The notes below the pieces were generated by a model. It had not been told where the DNA came from. It did no database searches and saw only the letters and a program-made list of their open reading frames with translations. The position numbers and the translations under genes were made by a program. DNA of 64,000 nt from Candidatus Krumholzibacteriia bacterium (lineage in GTDB: Bacteria; Krumholzibacteriota; Krumholzibacteriia; G020349025), in contig DASRJO010000105.1 in assembly GCA_035649435.1 (NCBI GenBank), positions 3,301-67,300 of the forward strand, written 5' to 3'. Shown here piece after piece: positions 20,501 through 27,815 of the stretch (its first letter is position 1; each line of letters starts with the position of its first letter).

Positions 20501-23215
20501 TCCGTTCGTGTTCGGGTTCGGCGAATAGGTGAAGCTGCCGCTCGGAAAGAGCACAATTGTGCCTCGCGTCGGAGCTGCGACCAGCGTCACGCTCACCGGA
20601 TCGCCCTCGGGGTCGGTGTCGTTCGACATCAGCCCCGGCGCCGCGATGTCGAGAGGCTGATCTTCGGGCGTGACGAAGACATCATCGGTCGCGCGCGGCG
20701 GATCCTCGACCGCGCCGATGGCGAGCGTCACGGAGCCCGTGTCGCTGCCGCCATGGCCGTCGTTCAACACATAGGTGAAGGCATCGGCACCGTTCCAGTC
20801 CGGGCTCGGCGTGTAGGTGAACGAGCCGTTGGCGGCGAGGCTCAGGCTGCCGTGTGCGGGAGCGTTCCCCAGTTGCACGCTCAGTGCATCGCCGTCGAGA
20901 TCCGAATCGTTGGCACACACGCCGGGCGCCGCGACGACGAGCGGCACGTCCTCCTGGGTGGCATGATTCTCGTCGATGGCCGCGGGCGGATCGTTCACGG
21001 CCGTGACCGCGAGTGTCACCGTCGCGGGCTCGAGGCCGCCACGGCCGTCATCGGCAGCGTAGGTAAAGGAATCAGGCCCATTGTAATTGGCGCTCGGCAA
21101 GTAGGTGAAGCCGCCGTTCGCGGCCAAGATGAGCGCTCCGTGCTGTGGATGTGAGGTCAGGATGACGGACAGCGCGTCGCCATTGGCATCGGTGTCGTTG
21201 ATCAGCAAACCAGGCGCCGCGACGCTGAAGAGAGCGTCCTCGCTCGCGGTGTAGGAATTGTCCGCCGCCACCGGCAGCGCGTTGGTGCCGCCGCCTCCCG
21301 GCAATGTCTCGATCACGAGCACGGGTGGTTCGGAGCCCTCCTTCGAGCTGTACTCGAGGCTGTTCGTCGAGGCATTCTGCAAGCCGAAGCTGTACGTGCC
21401 ATCGCCGCGGATGGCGGTGCTGACGTCGAACTCGACCCAGTCGTCTGTGTTGGCGACGCCAGCCGATCCGAGCGGCGTTCCGCCGATCGCCGGAGCGTTG
21501 TCCCAGGTGAGCGTTTCCTCCGTCCATGCAGTCGTGGTGGCCGGGAAGTAGTTCGACACACGATAGAGCGAGCCGCCGTCGGAACTGCTGTTGGTGACGT
21601 ACAGCCGCAGCTTGGCGCGATAGACGCTGATGCCAGTCCCGGTGACGTTGAACTTGAGGAAGCTGCGGTAGCTGGTGACGTCGGCTTCGACGCGCAGGTC
21701 CTTGTTGCTGCCATCCGGCTGGGTCGGCGTGCTCGTGTTGCCAGATGCATCTTCGACCGGCGCGAGCGTGAGCGTGAGCGGCGTGACGTTGAGCGTCACA
21801 TTCGTCGTCGCGCTCTGCATGCTGCCATCCGAGGCGCGGTAAGTGAAGCCGTCGAGACCGTAGAATCCCAGCTGCGGCGTGTAGGTGAACGAGCCATTGG
21901 CGGCGAGAGCCAGGGCGCCGTGCAACGGGTTCGCGGCCAATACGGCGGTGACGGTCGTGCCGTTGGGATCGCTGTCGTTGGCGAGCACGCCGGGGGCGCT
22001 CACACTCAGCGGTTGCTGCATCACCGTCGAGTAGGAATCGTAACCGGCCACTGGAGGATCGTTGGCCGGGGGGATCGTGGTGACGGTGACCGTCACTTGA
22101 TCGGTGCTGGCGAGGATGCCATCGCTGCCGCGCAGTCGTAGCAGGTAAGAGCCCGTGAGCGAGAATGTGGCGTGGGCCTCGGCGCTGGTGGAGCTGGTGA
22201 AGCTCACGCTGCCGGGGCCGCTCACCTTGCTCCAGGTGAGCGCGAGCGTCGACGAACCGGGATCGCGGTCGTCATCGGCCTGGCCACGCAACCAGGCTTG
22301 CTGCGCGATGCCGATCGCCAGATCCGGTCCGGCGTTGACGCAAGGCGCCAGGTTCGTCGGCGTGCCATCGAACGGCTCCCGGTCGATGAGAAACAATGGC
22401 ACTAGATCGGTGGTGACGGTGACGAGGATGGGTGGTTCGTCGCCGCGCTCCACTTGGATGCGCCGCACGTTGGGGGCGGCGAACGGGAAGTCGTCGATCC
22501 AGGAATGCCCGTCCCCGTGGATGAAGAGCACGGGTTTGCCGAAGGCGATGGCGTCGGGCTCGAATTGTTCGAAGAACAGAGTGCGGCCGCTTCCCGGTCC
22601 CGCCTGCGCGAAGAGAACGGCGGCGCGCACGAAGGGCGCTTGGGTCACCATCTGTTGCTCGACCCAGTCGGCGTCGTCCTGCATGACGTCGTCGTCGTTC
22701 GAGCCACCGACCAGGTTGAGCCCGATGAAAAGGACGTTCTTGGCGACGAAGGCGAAGTTCTGCGGGCGCGCGGCTTGCCGCGAGACGGCGAGGCCGCTGC
22801 AGAAGTTCGATTCGAGACCCAAGAAGTGCGTGTTCCAATAGTTGAGTGCCAAGGCCGGGTCGTCGCAGTCCCTGGTTTCGTTGTCTCCGGGGCACATGAA
22901 GGCCGGGACCGAGAGCATCTCGAGCACATCGGCGACCTGCTGGTAGCGGAACTCTTCGCAGGGCGTGCCGCCGGAGAAGATGTCTCCCACGTGCACCAGG
23001 AACTCGCCGGGGCTGTAGAGATTGTGATCGAGGCAGTGCTGTTGCAGGACAGGGAGCTCACTGTCGTCGTAAGGGACGTCGCCGATGGCGGTGAAGGTGA
23101 TGCTCTGGGCGCGTGCGGCGATTGCCCAGGACGCGAGCATGAGGCCGCAGGCGAAGAGAAGCCTGAAAGCACGCTGTCGTGCGCGCAGAGCCGCGGCCTG
23201 GCCGGAGAGGGCCAA
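14585..23215 (-). CDS. Giant (2876 aa) secreted surface protein: signal peptide, metallophosphoesterase-like domain, PKD-like domain, DNRLRE/carbohydrate-binding-like domain, about 21 tandem-95 (cadherin/VCBS-like) repeats, unknown about 230-aa domain, T9SS-type C-terminal sorting domain
   Basis: The N-terminal signal is LLFACGLMLASWAIAARA. Phosphoesterase motifs are AIGDVPY, HVGDIFSG, PGDNE and HGDGHSW. The repeat consensus is VNDAP.A..D.Y...ED..L...APGVL.ND.D.DGD.L......P.HGTL.L...G.F.YTP...F.G.D.FTY...D. The last about 86 aa (EVFPNPLRNHTLLRY...GVYFLRLRSDGHTLTRKIVVVK) match the T9SS type-A / FlgD-Ig CTD pattern. Confidence 0.9.
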   Translation of the reverse strand: MALSGQAAALRARQRAFRLLFACGLMLASWAIAARAQSITFTAIGDVPYDDSELPVLQQHCLDHNLYSPGEFLVHVGDIFSGGTPCEEFRYQQVADVLEMLSVPAFMCPGDNETRDCDDPALALNYWNTHFLGLESNFCSGLAVSRQAARPQNFAFVAKNVLFIGLNLVGGSNDDDVMQDDADWVEQQMVTQAPFVRAAVLFAQAGPGSGRTLFFEQFEPDAIAFGKPVLFIHGDGHSWIDDFPFAAPNVRRIQVERGDEPPILVTVTTDLVPLFLIDREPFDGTPTNLAPCVNAGPDLAIGIAQQAWLRGQADDDRDPGSSTLALTWSKVSGPGSVSFTSSTSAEAHATFSLTGSYLLRLRGSDGILASTDQVTVTVTTIPPANDPPVAGYDSYSTVMQQPLSVSAPGVLANDSDPNGTTVTAVLAANPLHGALALAANGSFTYTPQLGFYGLDGFTYRASDGSMQSATTNVTLNVTPLTLTLAPVEDASGNTSTPTQPDGSNKDLRVEADVTSYRSFLKFNVTGTGISVYRAKLRLYVTNSSSDGGSLYRVSNYFPATTTAWTEETLTWDNAPAIGGTPLGSAGVANTDDWVEFDVSTAIRGDGTYSFGLQNASTNSLEYSSKEGSEPPVLVIETLPGGGGTNALPVAADNSYTASEDALFSVAAPGLLINDTDANGDALSVILTSHPQHGALILAANGGFTYLPSANYNGPDSFTYAADDGRGGLEPATVTLAVTAVNDPPAAIDENHATQEDVPLVVAAPGVCANDSDLDGDALSVQLGNAPAHGSLSLAANGSFTYTPSPDWNGADAFTYVLNDGHGGSDTGSVTLAIGAVEDPPRATDDVFVTPEDQPLDIAAPGLMSNDTDPEGDPVSVTLVAAPTRGTIVLFPSGSFTYSPNPNTNGSDVFTYELRDVHGGTDTGSVTLNVTPVNDLPNAAGEGHATAEDTPLTIAAPGILANDSDVDGDVLVATVDAPPARGSVIVQPDGGFIYTPEADANGIDGFTYRVSDGRGGTATAAVGITLSAVNDAPVPTADSYGVAEDATLVIDAPGVLGNDVDVDGNSLTVALGTPPVHGTLMLVANGSFTYVPFTDFNGSDVFIYNVSDGQGGVRAQAVTLSVSPVNDAPGAASDVLLLDEDQPLVLAAPGVLGNDSDLDGDVLTAAVLDAPQHGTLVFAASGGFNYTPAPDFAGTDGFTYRVTDAASVTATATVTLIVRAINDWPVATGDGWSASEDLELRVAAPGVLANDFDIDGDALLVSLVSPPDHGTVVLGFEGDFVYTPNADWNGGDSFTYGLSDAKGGTTSGTVTIAVAARNDPPTAVNDADATPEDVRLDRSVPGVLGNDIDIDGDALEAVVDTPPAHGTLVLNANGSFTYTPGANYHGSDGFTYTLRDPSGASDAASMNLTVTAVNDPPSAAGDGFVTNEDNVLTIAAPGVLGNDTDIDGDALGATVVTPPQRGTLVLAAAGGFTYTPNRDVHGSDSFTYEARDASGAGDMETVVVFVAARNDAPAAQSDAYPAVEDTPLSIAAPGVLGNDADVDGDALSASVAAAPAHGVLQLGADGAFVYTPAPQYFGSDTFTYTLRDPSGATTTGSVALAVAAVNDAPLASADAYVTNEDGALVITGPGVLVNDTDIENDALSASTATPPAHGTLTFNPNGGFTYTPSPHYFGPDAFTYTVRDANGATGLGTVALSVQPVNDAPVAALDAYAADEDVALVIAAPGVLGNDSDVENDALSASIATSPAHGTLVFGPSGAFTYTPHPDYSGSDNFTYSARDPSGATGLGSVSLTVRAINDSPVATADGYATDEDIALVVAAPGVLGNDSDVEGDVLRVTLAGPPAHGTLSLDTSGAFVFTPEQDFHGTDAWSYRADDDQGGTRVGNVAVTVQPMNDAPAAVPSLFTTEEDVTLTIAAPGVLGSATDADGDALVASLASPAAHGTVTVSADGGFTFVPELNFHGADAFTIEVRDGKGGSVITTATLTVSPVQDAPSAVNDALDVDEDDFLVVEAPGLLANDVDVDGDAMSLRLDASPEHGVLRLEPSGAFTYAPSADYHGSDRFTYIADDGHGGNAIGTVTLAVAPVNDAPTARDDAFATDEDSALELPAPVLLANDADVDGDVLSVRPGTPPLHGTLQLRAEGGLVYTPTPDSNGPDSFTYIADDNAGGIATGTVFLQVGATPDVPRPIADTWTGAEDSEWMIEAPGVLANDADADGDALRAGIVRSPGHGTLALGEDGAFRYVPDADWHGNDSFEYAALDGTGRSASAEVTLAVLPVNDPPVAAQDSYGLDEDMPLDVGAPGVLVNDTDVDGEPLLTELHTTVAHGTLALRSDGSFTYAPSPDFHGSDVFAYTTRDAAGAFATTQVSLAIAAVNDAPLPGADDYTVTEDGTLHVDAPGLLGNDLDVEGDAMTAALVSGAAHGGVTLRPDGSFVYIPLPDYSGSDLFVYAVSDPAGAIRHGAVALQVTRVNDAPIAHADTFLVAAGTSLQQRTPGLLANDFDADGDTLHTVVLDVPKYGELDLRDDGSFTYTPDPGFTGLDGFTYRTSDSFAMHDATVRLDVEGRGVTYRESTTGTATFAIQVQTESGLAAVSGDLYLAAISSQPLGQVVDVQGMGLQWTRVKAQCGGQGENGLELWTARGVPSPGTIAAVFAAPVARAALAVSRYSGADPVDPLGSVTATNTAGLDAGCQSGDESASYEWLLPTLTEGGIIYRAVALRDREHVRTDGTFLRARAASGAQQATASIEVQDRAVDAGDHQTSGNFSSLVDWAAVAVEIRSAHIDDALRFAERLEVFPNPLRNHTLLRYMLYRRATVELSIFDARGRLVRQLLHEPRPPGRMQIDWNATTDRGHSLDSGVYFLRLRSDGHTLTRKIVVVK
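15533..21285 (-). repeat. Coding tandem array of about 20 diverged copies of a repeat of about 285 nt (about 95 aa) inside the giant gene (approximate borders; one extra copy at about 21770-22075)
   Basis: VNDxP...APGVLxND...FTY blocks recur periodically in the translation. The copies are diverged at the DNA level and I saw no long perfect repeats. Confidence 0.8.
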
Positions 23216-23493
23216 GCAATAGACGAGGACTGGACTTGGAATCTTCGTACTGCCAGCGTAATTGCCGCTGCGGGGAGCTGTCCGCCGCGAGCGGTGAGGC
23301 GCATCGTGTATGGAGAATTATACGGCCTCTCGCGCACCGAGAAAAGCCGAGACTCGAACCAACGCCCTGCACGCTTTCACGGCCTCGCCTACCGGAGTCA
23401 CCATGGGTCGTGAAAGAGTGAATTTGTAGTCTGGGGCTTTTGACCCAACCAGAAGCGCAGCCAGCATGGCGTGGTCGCGAGCAAGAGGGCACC

Positions 23494-23528
23494 AAAAAAA
23501 TAGGGCGTGCACGACGGCACGCCCTATT
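23494..23528 (-). terminator. Rho-independent terminator of the 1066-aa secreted-protein gene
   Basis: On the minus strand there is a 10-bp stem TAGGGCGTGC/GCACGCCCTA (23501-23510 / 23517-23526) with a 6-nt loop, followed by TTTTTTT. It lies about 25 nt after the stop at 23554. Confidence 0.7.
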
Positions 23529-23553
23529 CTTGACTTCGCTCTGCGAACCTTGC

Positions 23554-26500
23554 CTACTTCATCACGACCATCTTGCGCGTGAAGCGCTCGGTGCCCGCAT
23601 CGAGACGATAGAAATACACACCGCTCGAGCTGCGTTCGCCGGCGTCGTCGAGCCCATCCCAGGTCGCCGACAGCCCGGCACCGGCAGTGAGCGTCGCATC
23701 GACGAGTGTGCGCACCAAGCGGCCGGCGACGTCGTAAATGCGCAGCTTCACCGGGCCGGTCGAGGCGAGATCGAAACGAATCGTCGTCGTCGGGTTGAAC
23801 GGGTTCGGAACGTTCTGGTGCAGCGCCGTTTGGCGCGGCACTGCGATCTCGTCGTCCTCCGACACGTCGGTCGGATTCGGACCCTGCTGGCAGGCGATCG
23901 GCAGGACGCAGCCGAGGATCTTCGACATCAGGATCGTTTGCGGTGAATTCGGCGACGGCGGCAGGCTCGGGTTCTGGGCGAAATCGAACCACGGGTGCGA
24001 CTGCAGGATCGTATTCCAGCGTTCAGCGTTGCTGCCGTTCATGACGATCGCCGCCGCGTTCACCGCCGCGTTGTTGCGCGGGTCGCGGTACGAGTGCGTT
24101 GCCACGGCGGTGCCCGCGGCACCCAGGGCGTCGTAGTCGCGGGAGATCGGACAGCCGCCGTCGAGTCGATACTCGTCACCGGTGAACGTCCGAGCGCAGG
24201 TGGCGGTGCCGCTCTGGCGGAAGGTGAAGGACGCGTCGCCCCGCACCTTGGGATAGGCGTCGGCCGTCTGGCTGGAGCCGTTGAGCACACTGCCCATGTT
24301 GGTGGCGTACAGCGCGTTGGCTGGCCTTTCTTGCAACGCGTTGGCGCCGATGACCCAGAGCGTGGCGAAGCCGGCTGGCGTCAGGCTCGCCTGGGCAAGC
24401 CAGCTACGGAACCAGGCGGCCTGGTCGACTTTCGCCGCGTCGAGGTCGGAGCCGTCCGGCATCAGCCAACCGGTGGGTCCCGAGTTGCCGACGTCGTAGA
24501 CGATCAGGTTGTAGCCCTGCGCCTGCTCCGTGGTGGCGCGACCGGCCAGTTGGTTGTTGGTGTTGCCGAGACCCTGATGATCGTAGACATCGTAGTGTCC
24601 CTTGTAGCCCAGCCGATCCAGCGTGTACATGAAGGACGTGCGGTTCACCTGGCCTCCACGCCGGCGCGTGTTCACCATCTGCACGTACAACATGCAATGC
24701 TTCTGCGAGGAAGCGGCGAGTTCTCCGGGCGTGGGGTCGAGATCACCATTGGCATCGTTGGCGATGCGCTGCAGATAAGCCGGGGCCCAATTGATCGCCG
24801 GGAGGAAGCTCACCTCGAGCATGCCGCCCGTCGCCATGTGCCCCGCATCGACGCTGGCGGGCACGGAGGTCAACCCGGATGGATCCGAGTTCGCACCCCC
24901 GAAAGCGTCCTGCGCGAACCAGAAGTAGTGCAGGATGTCCCCGCCACGGAAGTACGTGTCGTCGAGATCGACGCACCAGAAATCTGCCAGCGTCGCGCCG
25001 TTGCTGTTGCGCACGCTATCTGCGGTGACGGCGAAGAAGCCGTTCGCGCCGACGCTCCAGGGCGGCGGCGCCTTGCCGACGTGCGGTCCTGCGACGATAG
25101 CACCGTACCATTGGACGGAAGAGACACCACCCGCGCCGCGCGCGTCGACGACCTGAACCCAGATCGAATCCCCGGTGATCAAGTTCGGGCTGGTCCCGTT
25201 GATCCCGAGCTCCGTGCCCTGAGAGAACGCCGTGGAGCCAAAACGGTTGGTGGTCGGGCGGAAGTGCTCGCCGGAACCGGGAGGGAATCCGGGGTGGATC
25301 TCGGTCGGGAACGCATCCTGCGCCTGTGACCGGGCGTCGATGCCCTCGCTGATCGTGGGCCCGCTCAGGATGCGGCGGCCGATCCGCGTGTCGTCGATGT
25401 ACGGCCCCGGTCCCGGAGTGAAGGTCGCTGGCGCGGGAATGCCGGCGATCCATTGCCAGTCGGAGGTGCGATGCCGCACCTGGATATGCGTGGCGGTGGG
25501 GTCGAACTCCGACGTCATGTCGAACGTGAGCGACAGCCAGCCGAAGAACGACAGCGAGTTCCACGAGAAGGAATGTCCCCAGCCGCTGATGCAGGTCTGG
25601 CTGTCGACGGTGCTGCGGCCGCGCACCGACCAGTTTTGCACGATGCGGCTGGTACTGAAGAAGTTGCCGGGGAAGCGCCGGAAACGCAGGACGGTGCCGG
25701 TCGCCGTCGGCGTCGAGGCCAGGCTCACCCATGGACTCATCACGACGTCGTCCAGCCAGTTGCGCACCACGAACCCGTCCGGCGCGAAGGCCATGCTCGG
25801 ATCGTTGGCGATGGTGGGCGAGGTGTCGTCCGTCCACAGCCAGCCGCAGGTCTTGTTTTCGCTGCACACGTCGTTGTCTGTGATGTGCTGGAAGACACGC
25901 GACCATGCACCGAATGGTTTGCTGTCCTGGATATTGAGGAACGAAAGGTTAGGGTTCAAGGCGCCCTCGAACCCTTCGTTCACCGGCGTGGTGACGCCAG
26001 TGAGCGCGATGTTGTCGATGACGATGGCCGCGCCGATGTTCGTGGCCTGCAGACCGTCGCAGGGCGAGAAGCCACCGTCGGCGAAGAACGAGATGTAGAG
26101 GCAATGGGTTCCGGGACCGAAGCCGGGCACGGGCAGCGCATCGACGGATCCTGCCGTTTCGAAGCCGGAAGCGGAGTATTCGACGTCGCGGAAGGTGGCG
26201 GCGTTGCTGCTGGGATCTGTGTCGAAGTTGACACGATTGAAGGAAGCGCAAGCGGAGTCGCGTTCGACTTGCAAGAAGTCGAAGCCATCTTCGGAGTCGA
26301 CCATGTAATCGAACGACAAGGAGCCCGAACCGGAGTAGGTGATGCGGATTCCTTGGTACCAGTCATTGTCGTAACCCGTGGGCTCCGCGCAACAATTGTT
26401 GTCGGAGTAGCCGAGCGCGGCGGCTTTGCCGGTGATTCCGCCGTTGCCTGTGTACGCGGAGGTGACAGTCCAATAGATGGCGCCGTCGTTCAGGACGTGA

Positions 26501-26754
26501 TTGTCGACGCGCAGCCAGCCGGCGTTGGTGCAGGGGAAGCCATTGTCGAAGCTCCATTCGGCGATCCACACCGTGTCCTGCAGAGCTTTCTGCGGCGCCG
26601 GCTCGGTGCCCTCGGGGTCACCAAGGATGTCCACGTACGCACCCGGGTCGGCGATTTCGTGGCGCAGTCCCGCAGGACGGGCGAACACGCTGCTCGCGAA
26701 CAAGGAGATGATCCCGACACAAGCGCAGGAGATACGCTGGTATCTCTGCAACAT
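23554..26754 (-). CDS. Large secreted protein of unknown function with T9SS-type / FlgD-Ig-like C-terminal sorting domain
   Basis: It starts at MLQRYQRISCACVGIISLFASSVFA (signal peptide). No catalytic motif is recognisable. The C-terminus NVPNPFNPTTTIRFDL...GVYFYRLDAGTERFTRKMVVMK matches the same CTD pattern as the giant neighbour. Confidence 0.75.
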   Translation of the reverse strand: MLQRYQRISCACVGIISLFASSVFARPAGLRHEIADPGAYVDILGDPEGTEPAPQKALQDTVWIAEWSFDNGFPCTNAGWLRVDNHVLNDGAIYWTVTSAYTGNGGITGKAAALGYSDNNCCAEPTGYDNDWYQGIRITYSGSGSLSFDYMVDSEDGFDFLQVERDSACASFNRVNFDTDPSSNAATFRDVEYSASGFETAGSVDALPVPGFGPGTHCLYISFFADGGFSPCDGLQATNIGAAIVIDNIALTGVTTPVNEGFEGALNPNLSFLNIQDSKPFGAWSRVFQHITDNDVCSENKTCGWLWTDDTSPTIANDPSMAFAPDGFVVRNWLDDVVMSPWVSLASTPTATGTVLRFRRFPGNFFSTSRIVQNWSVRGRSTVDSQTCISGWGHSFSWNSLSFFGWLSLTFDMTSEFDPTATHIQVRHRTSDWQWIAGIPAPATFTPGPGPYIDDTRIGRRILSGPTISEGIDARSQAQDAFPTEIHPGFPPGSGEHFRPTTNRFGSTAFSQGTELGINGTSPNLITGDSIWVQVVDARGAGGVSSVQWYGAIVAGPHVGKAPPPWSVGANGFFAVTADSVRNSNGATLADFWCVDLDDTYFRGGDILHYFWFAQDAFGGANSDPSGLTSVPASVDAGHMATGGMLEVSFLPAINWAPAYLQRIANDANGDLDPTPGELAASSQKHCMLYVQMVNTRRRGGQVNRTSFMYTLDRLGYKGHYDVYDHQGLGNTNNQLAGRATTEQAQGYNLIVYDVGNSGPTGWLMPDGSDLDAAKVDQAAWFRSWLAQASLTPAGFATLWVIGANALQERPANALYATNMGSVLNGSSQTADAYPKVRGDASFTFRQSGTATCARTFTGDEYRLDGGCPISRDYDALGAAGTAVATHSYRDPRNNAAVNAAAIVMNGSNAERWNTILQSHPWFDFAQNPSLPPSPNSPQTILMSKILGCVLPIACQQGPNPTDVSEDDEIAVPRQTALHQNVPNPFNPTTTIRFDLASTGPVKLRIYDVAGRLVRTLVDATLTAGAGLSATWDGLDDAGERSSSGVYFYRLDAGTERFTRKMVVMK

Positions 26755-26980
26755 AATGAACCCCCCGAGACGTGAGGCGATGGGTGAAATGGCATTCCCT
26801 GGCAGGGGCGAACCCTCCAACCAACCTGAACGAAGGCGGTGACGACATGACTCGGCCCGGGAATCGCCGACCAGCGGGATCGGTCTCCGGACGCTATGTC
26901 AGACTTGGCATGGTGATTCTACCAAGGCCGCTCCAGGGGGGTCAAGGAAACCGCCTGGAATTGGGTGTGGAGCCGCAGCC

Positions 26981-27010
26981 TTGCCCGGACGTCGGGACCC
27001 GACATATAGT
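26981..27010 (+). promoter_or_regulatory. Candidate sigma-70-type promoter for the bacilliredoxin operon
   Basis: TTGCCC, an 18-nt spacer, then TATAGT. It ends about 67 nt upstream of ATG 27077. Confidence 0.35.
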
Positions 27011-27076
27011 GGGCAGGAACCTGATAGGAATCGATCCAAGGTTCTGGGGGCCACCCGCAACCGGAGGAACTCGAAG

Positions 27077-27511
27077 ATGCCCTACGATCCGATGCTTGTC
27101 CAACCCATGCGCGAGGAGCTCACGCGGCTCGGCGTGAACGAGCTGCGCACCGCGGCCGATGTCGACGCCTTCCTGGCCGAGAAGAATGGAACGACCCTCT
27201 TGGTGGTCAATTCGGTCTGCGGTTGCGCTGCCGGCCAGGCCCGGCCGGGCGTCCGCCTGGCGCTGCAGAGCGAGGTCAAGCCCGATCGCGTCGGAACGGT
27301 GTTCGCCGGGCAGGATCTCGAGGCGACGGCCCAGGCGCGCAACTACTTCGCGCAATTTCCACCCAGCAGCCCGTCGTTGGTGCTGATGAAGGACGGCGAA
27401 GTGGTGCATTTCGTTCCGCGTCACGCGATCGAGGGCCGCGACGCCATGAGTCTCGCCAACGATCTGGTCGCGGCGTTCCAGAAGTTCTGCAAGACCACGG
27501 CGGCGCGCTGA
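27077..27511 (+). CDS. BrxA/BrxB-family bacilliredoxin (YphP/YqiW, DUF1094)
   Basis: The CGC redox motif sits in LLVVNSVCGCAAGQARP. Family-like segments are FAGQD, ARNYF and SSPSLVLMKDGEVVHFVPRH. GGAGGA lies upstream of the ATG. Confidence 0.8.
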   Translation: MPYDPMLVQPMREELTRLGVNELRTAADVDAFLAEKNGTTLLVVNSVCGCAAGQARPGVRLALQSEVKPDRVGTVFAGQDLEATAQARNYFAQFPPSSPSLVLMKDGEVVHFVPRHAIEGRDAMSLANDLVAAFQKFCKTTAAR

Positions 27512-27513
27512 GA

Positions 27514-27795
27514 ATGGGAACCTTCCACCACGACCGCGGCGCGCTGCACGGCATCACCGTCGTCGTGGATACGGCGGGGAAAGACGTCTACGTCGGGCGC
27601 TGCGACACGGAGGACGCCGAGGCGATCGTCCTGCTCGACGCCGACGTGCACGCCGACGGCGCGGGGGGGCGCAGCAAGGAAGAGTTCGTCCAGCAAGCAG
27701 CCCGCGTCGGCCACTGGAAGAAACACGATCGTGTCGTCATCCCCGCGCGCGACATCGTCTCGGTGCGGCGCTTGGGCGACATCGCGGCCGGCTGA
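27514..27795 (+). CDS. Small hypothetical protein (93 aa), coupled to bacilliredoxin gene
   Basis: It starts 3 nt after the brx-like stop. It is beta-rich (ITVVVDTAGKDVYVGRCD, IVLLDADVH, VVIPARDIVSVRRL). No family is recognised. Confidence 0.45.
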   Translation: MGTFHHDRGALHGITVVVDTAGKDVYVGRCDTEDAEAIVLLDADVHADGAGGRSKEEFVQQAARVGHWKKHDRVVIPARDIVSVRRLGDIAAG

Positions 27796-27815
27796 TGGCT
27801 CGGTGCACGACATCG

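Noticed and set aside
17249-21154. 697-aa and 580-aa plus-strand ORFs inside the giant gene
   Set aside because: They are antisense to the tandem-95 repeat frame, which has a strong periodic domain signature. The products are Arg/Gly/Asp/Val-rich with no motifs. Stop-poor antisense frames are expected at this composition.
15533-21285. Regular periodicity of about 285 nt considered as a CRISPR or satellite array
   Set aside because: The period is protein-domain sized, the copies are diverged, and everything lies in one continuous reading frame. There is no short-repeat/spacer architecture.
23311-23420. Possible minus-strand tRNA suggested by GGTTCGAGTC (plus strand GACTCGAACC at 23351-23360)
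   Set aside because: The 5 nt on each side of the putative T-loop (GTTGG / CTCGG) cannot pair. I could not build an acceptor or anticodon arm.
26905-26921. Sigma-54-like TTGGCATGGTGATTCTA upstream of the bacilliredoxin gene
   Set aside because: The -24 element is good, but the invariant GC of the -12 element is missing (TTCTA).
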